From Candidatus Saccharimonadales bacterium (GTDB lineage Bacteria > Patescibacteriota > Saccharimonadia > Saccharimonadales > EFPC-124), in the NCBI GenBank assembly GCA_035457485.1, contig DATIBO010000006.1, positions 94,134 through 158,133 on the forward strand: a stretch of 64,000 nucleotides of DNA, given 5' to 3'. This document shows, one piece after another, positions 62,994 to 64,000 of this stretch. A model generated the notes under the pieces. The model saw only the letters and a list, made by a program, of their open reading frames with translations. It made no database searches and had not been told where the DNA came from. A program made the translations under genes and the position numbers. The first letter of the stretch is position 1; each line of letters opens with the position of its first letter.

Positions 62994-64000
62994 ATGAATT
63001 TATCGCAAAACCTTCGCGGCCATTGGAAAAAAAATACCTTTTTGCGCAACAATATTATTGTTTTTTTTGGTTCCATTTTAACCTCAGCCTTTAGCTACTT
63101 CTATTATCCGATCATGGCGCGCATGCTCTCGATCGAAGAATTTGGCGAGATTCAAACTCTTGTCTCGCTTCTTACTCAGGCTTCGTTAATTTTCGGCGCC
63201 ATCAATATTGTGTCAGTCGTCTTGATCGCAAGTAGTAAACGCAACAAGCACGGCGAGCGTTTTATTTTTGAGCTGCAAAAACTTACGCTTTATATTGCGA
63301 TTGGGGTTAGTCTGACTGTGGCAATTTGTTCTATGTGGGTCACAAATTTCTTTCACTTCCCGTCAGTTTGGCCGCTCTTAATTACGCTTGCGGCCTTTAT
63401 AGCTGGAGTGCCGGTGGTTTTTTGGAATTCATATTTGCAGGCAAGGCAAAATTTTACCGCCATGAACGCATTTGGCTTGGTTGGTGCGGCAGGTAAATTG
63501 ATCTTAGCTGTTTTTTTGGTTTTCCTTGGTTGGGGGGCGATTGGTGCGGCCTTGGCAGTGCTTTTAGGCCAGTTTGCGGCGTTAACTTTTGCCCGAATGC
63601 GGTACGATGTGCCACGGTTAACGGAGCTGTTTAAGGAGCGCCTACCAAACTGGAAAGTCTTAAAAGTGGAACTCAGATATACCGCTATGGTAATTGTAGT
63701 GAGCTTAAGTATAACCTTACTTTATTCCGGTGATATTTTGCTGGTTAAGCACTATCAAAGTCCCGAAGAAGCTGGAGCATATGCTGGAATTGCCTCCATC
63801 GCTCGAATTATCTTCTTTTTGACTCTGCCATTTGCAACTGTACTTTTGCCTGCCGTTCATAGCGAATGGAAACAACGCGAAAAAACCTTAAAGCGATCGT
63901 TTACTTTAGTTATTGGGCTTGGCGCGTTCGTTGCGGTGGTCTTTTGGGCGTTTGCACCACAAATCGTAAGCCTAATGGTTGGATCGCGCTACATTGATTA
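62994..64000 (+). CDS. polysaccharide biosynthesis protein/Wzx-like flippase (MOP superfamily), 3' partial
   Basis: Open frame from ATG 62994 to window end; successive TM helices, typical Wzx N-terminus (NTFLRNNIIVFFGSIL...). Confidence 0.6.
   Translation, partial: MNLSQNLRGHWKKNTFLRNNIIVFFGSILTSAFSYFYYPIMARMLSIEEFGEIQTLVSLLTQASLIFGAINIVSVVLIASSKRNKHGERFIFELQKLTLYIAIGVSLTVAICSMWVTNFFHFPSVWPLLITLAAFIAGVPVVFWNSYLQARQNFTAMNAFGLVGAAGKLILAVFLVFLGWGAIGAALAVLLGQFAALTFARMRYDVPRLTELFKERLPNWKVLKVELRYTAMVIVVSLSITLLYSGDILLVKHYQSPEEAGAYAGIASIARIIFFLTLPFATVLLPAVHSEWKQREKTLKRSFTLVIGLGAFVAVVFWAFAPQIVSLMVGSRYID

Overview
This 64-kb window is a chromosomal segment from a low-GC (about 40-45% by eye), reduced-genome bacterium with Gram-positive-type gene content. 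My inference is a Patescibacteria/Saccharibacteria-like epibiont. The evidence is a VirB2-like multi-pilin type-IV-secretion locus, FemAB and Mur-ligase paralogs, comFC and generally small streamlined genes.

Gene order, left to right:
- MacB-like ABC exporter (partial ATPase plus FtsX-type permease)
- PGI/PMI isomerase
- a ~62% GC single-gene island
- groES-groEL
- two tandem phosphohexomutases
- a peptidoglycan-tailoring block: two FemAB-like genes, a C39-like peptidase, and two MurE-like ligases that lack the N-terminal domain
- tsaD, valS, a HIT-family gene and an MFS transporter
- four tRNAs (Ser-CGA, Ser-GCU, Arg-GCG, Ser-UGA) interleaved with three Nudix-family genes
- comFC and hsp20
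- a ~14-kb type-IV-secretion-like locus: six tandem VirB2/TrbC-like pilin paralogs (minus strand) divergent from a nine-gene plus-strand operon. The operon encodes a VirB6-like protein, an unknown, a VirB3-like protein, a VirB4 ATPase split into two ORFs, a large bitopic Ala/Gly-rich protein, a secreted M23 peptidase and a TolB-like propeller protein.
- a second ~62% GC single-gene island (lipoprotein)
- the replication origin region: recF-dnaN-dnaA on the minus strand, DnaA-box clusters, then rpmH-rnpA-yidC-jag
- a ~14-kb ABC-transporter-dependent glycopolymer locus: GT4 glycosyltransferases, Wzm/Wzt, WecB, Ugd, UDP-GlcA decarboxylase, an ArnC-like GT2, and a partial Wzx

I found no CRISPR array, transposase, integrase or relaxase.

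The most interesting items are the multi-pilin T4SS-like machine sitting beside oriC, the two high-GC islands (plausibly acquired from a high-GC host), and the atypical Mur-ligase/FemAB module.

All functional calls are motif-level readings of the provided translations. No database searches were run.
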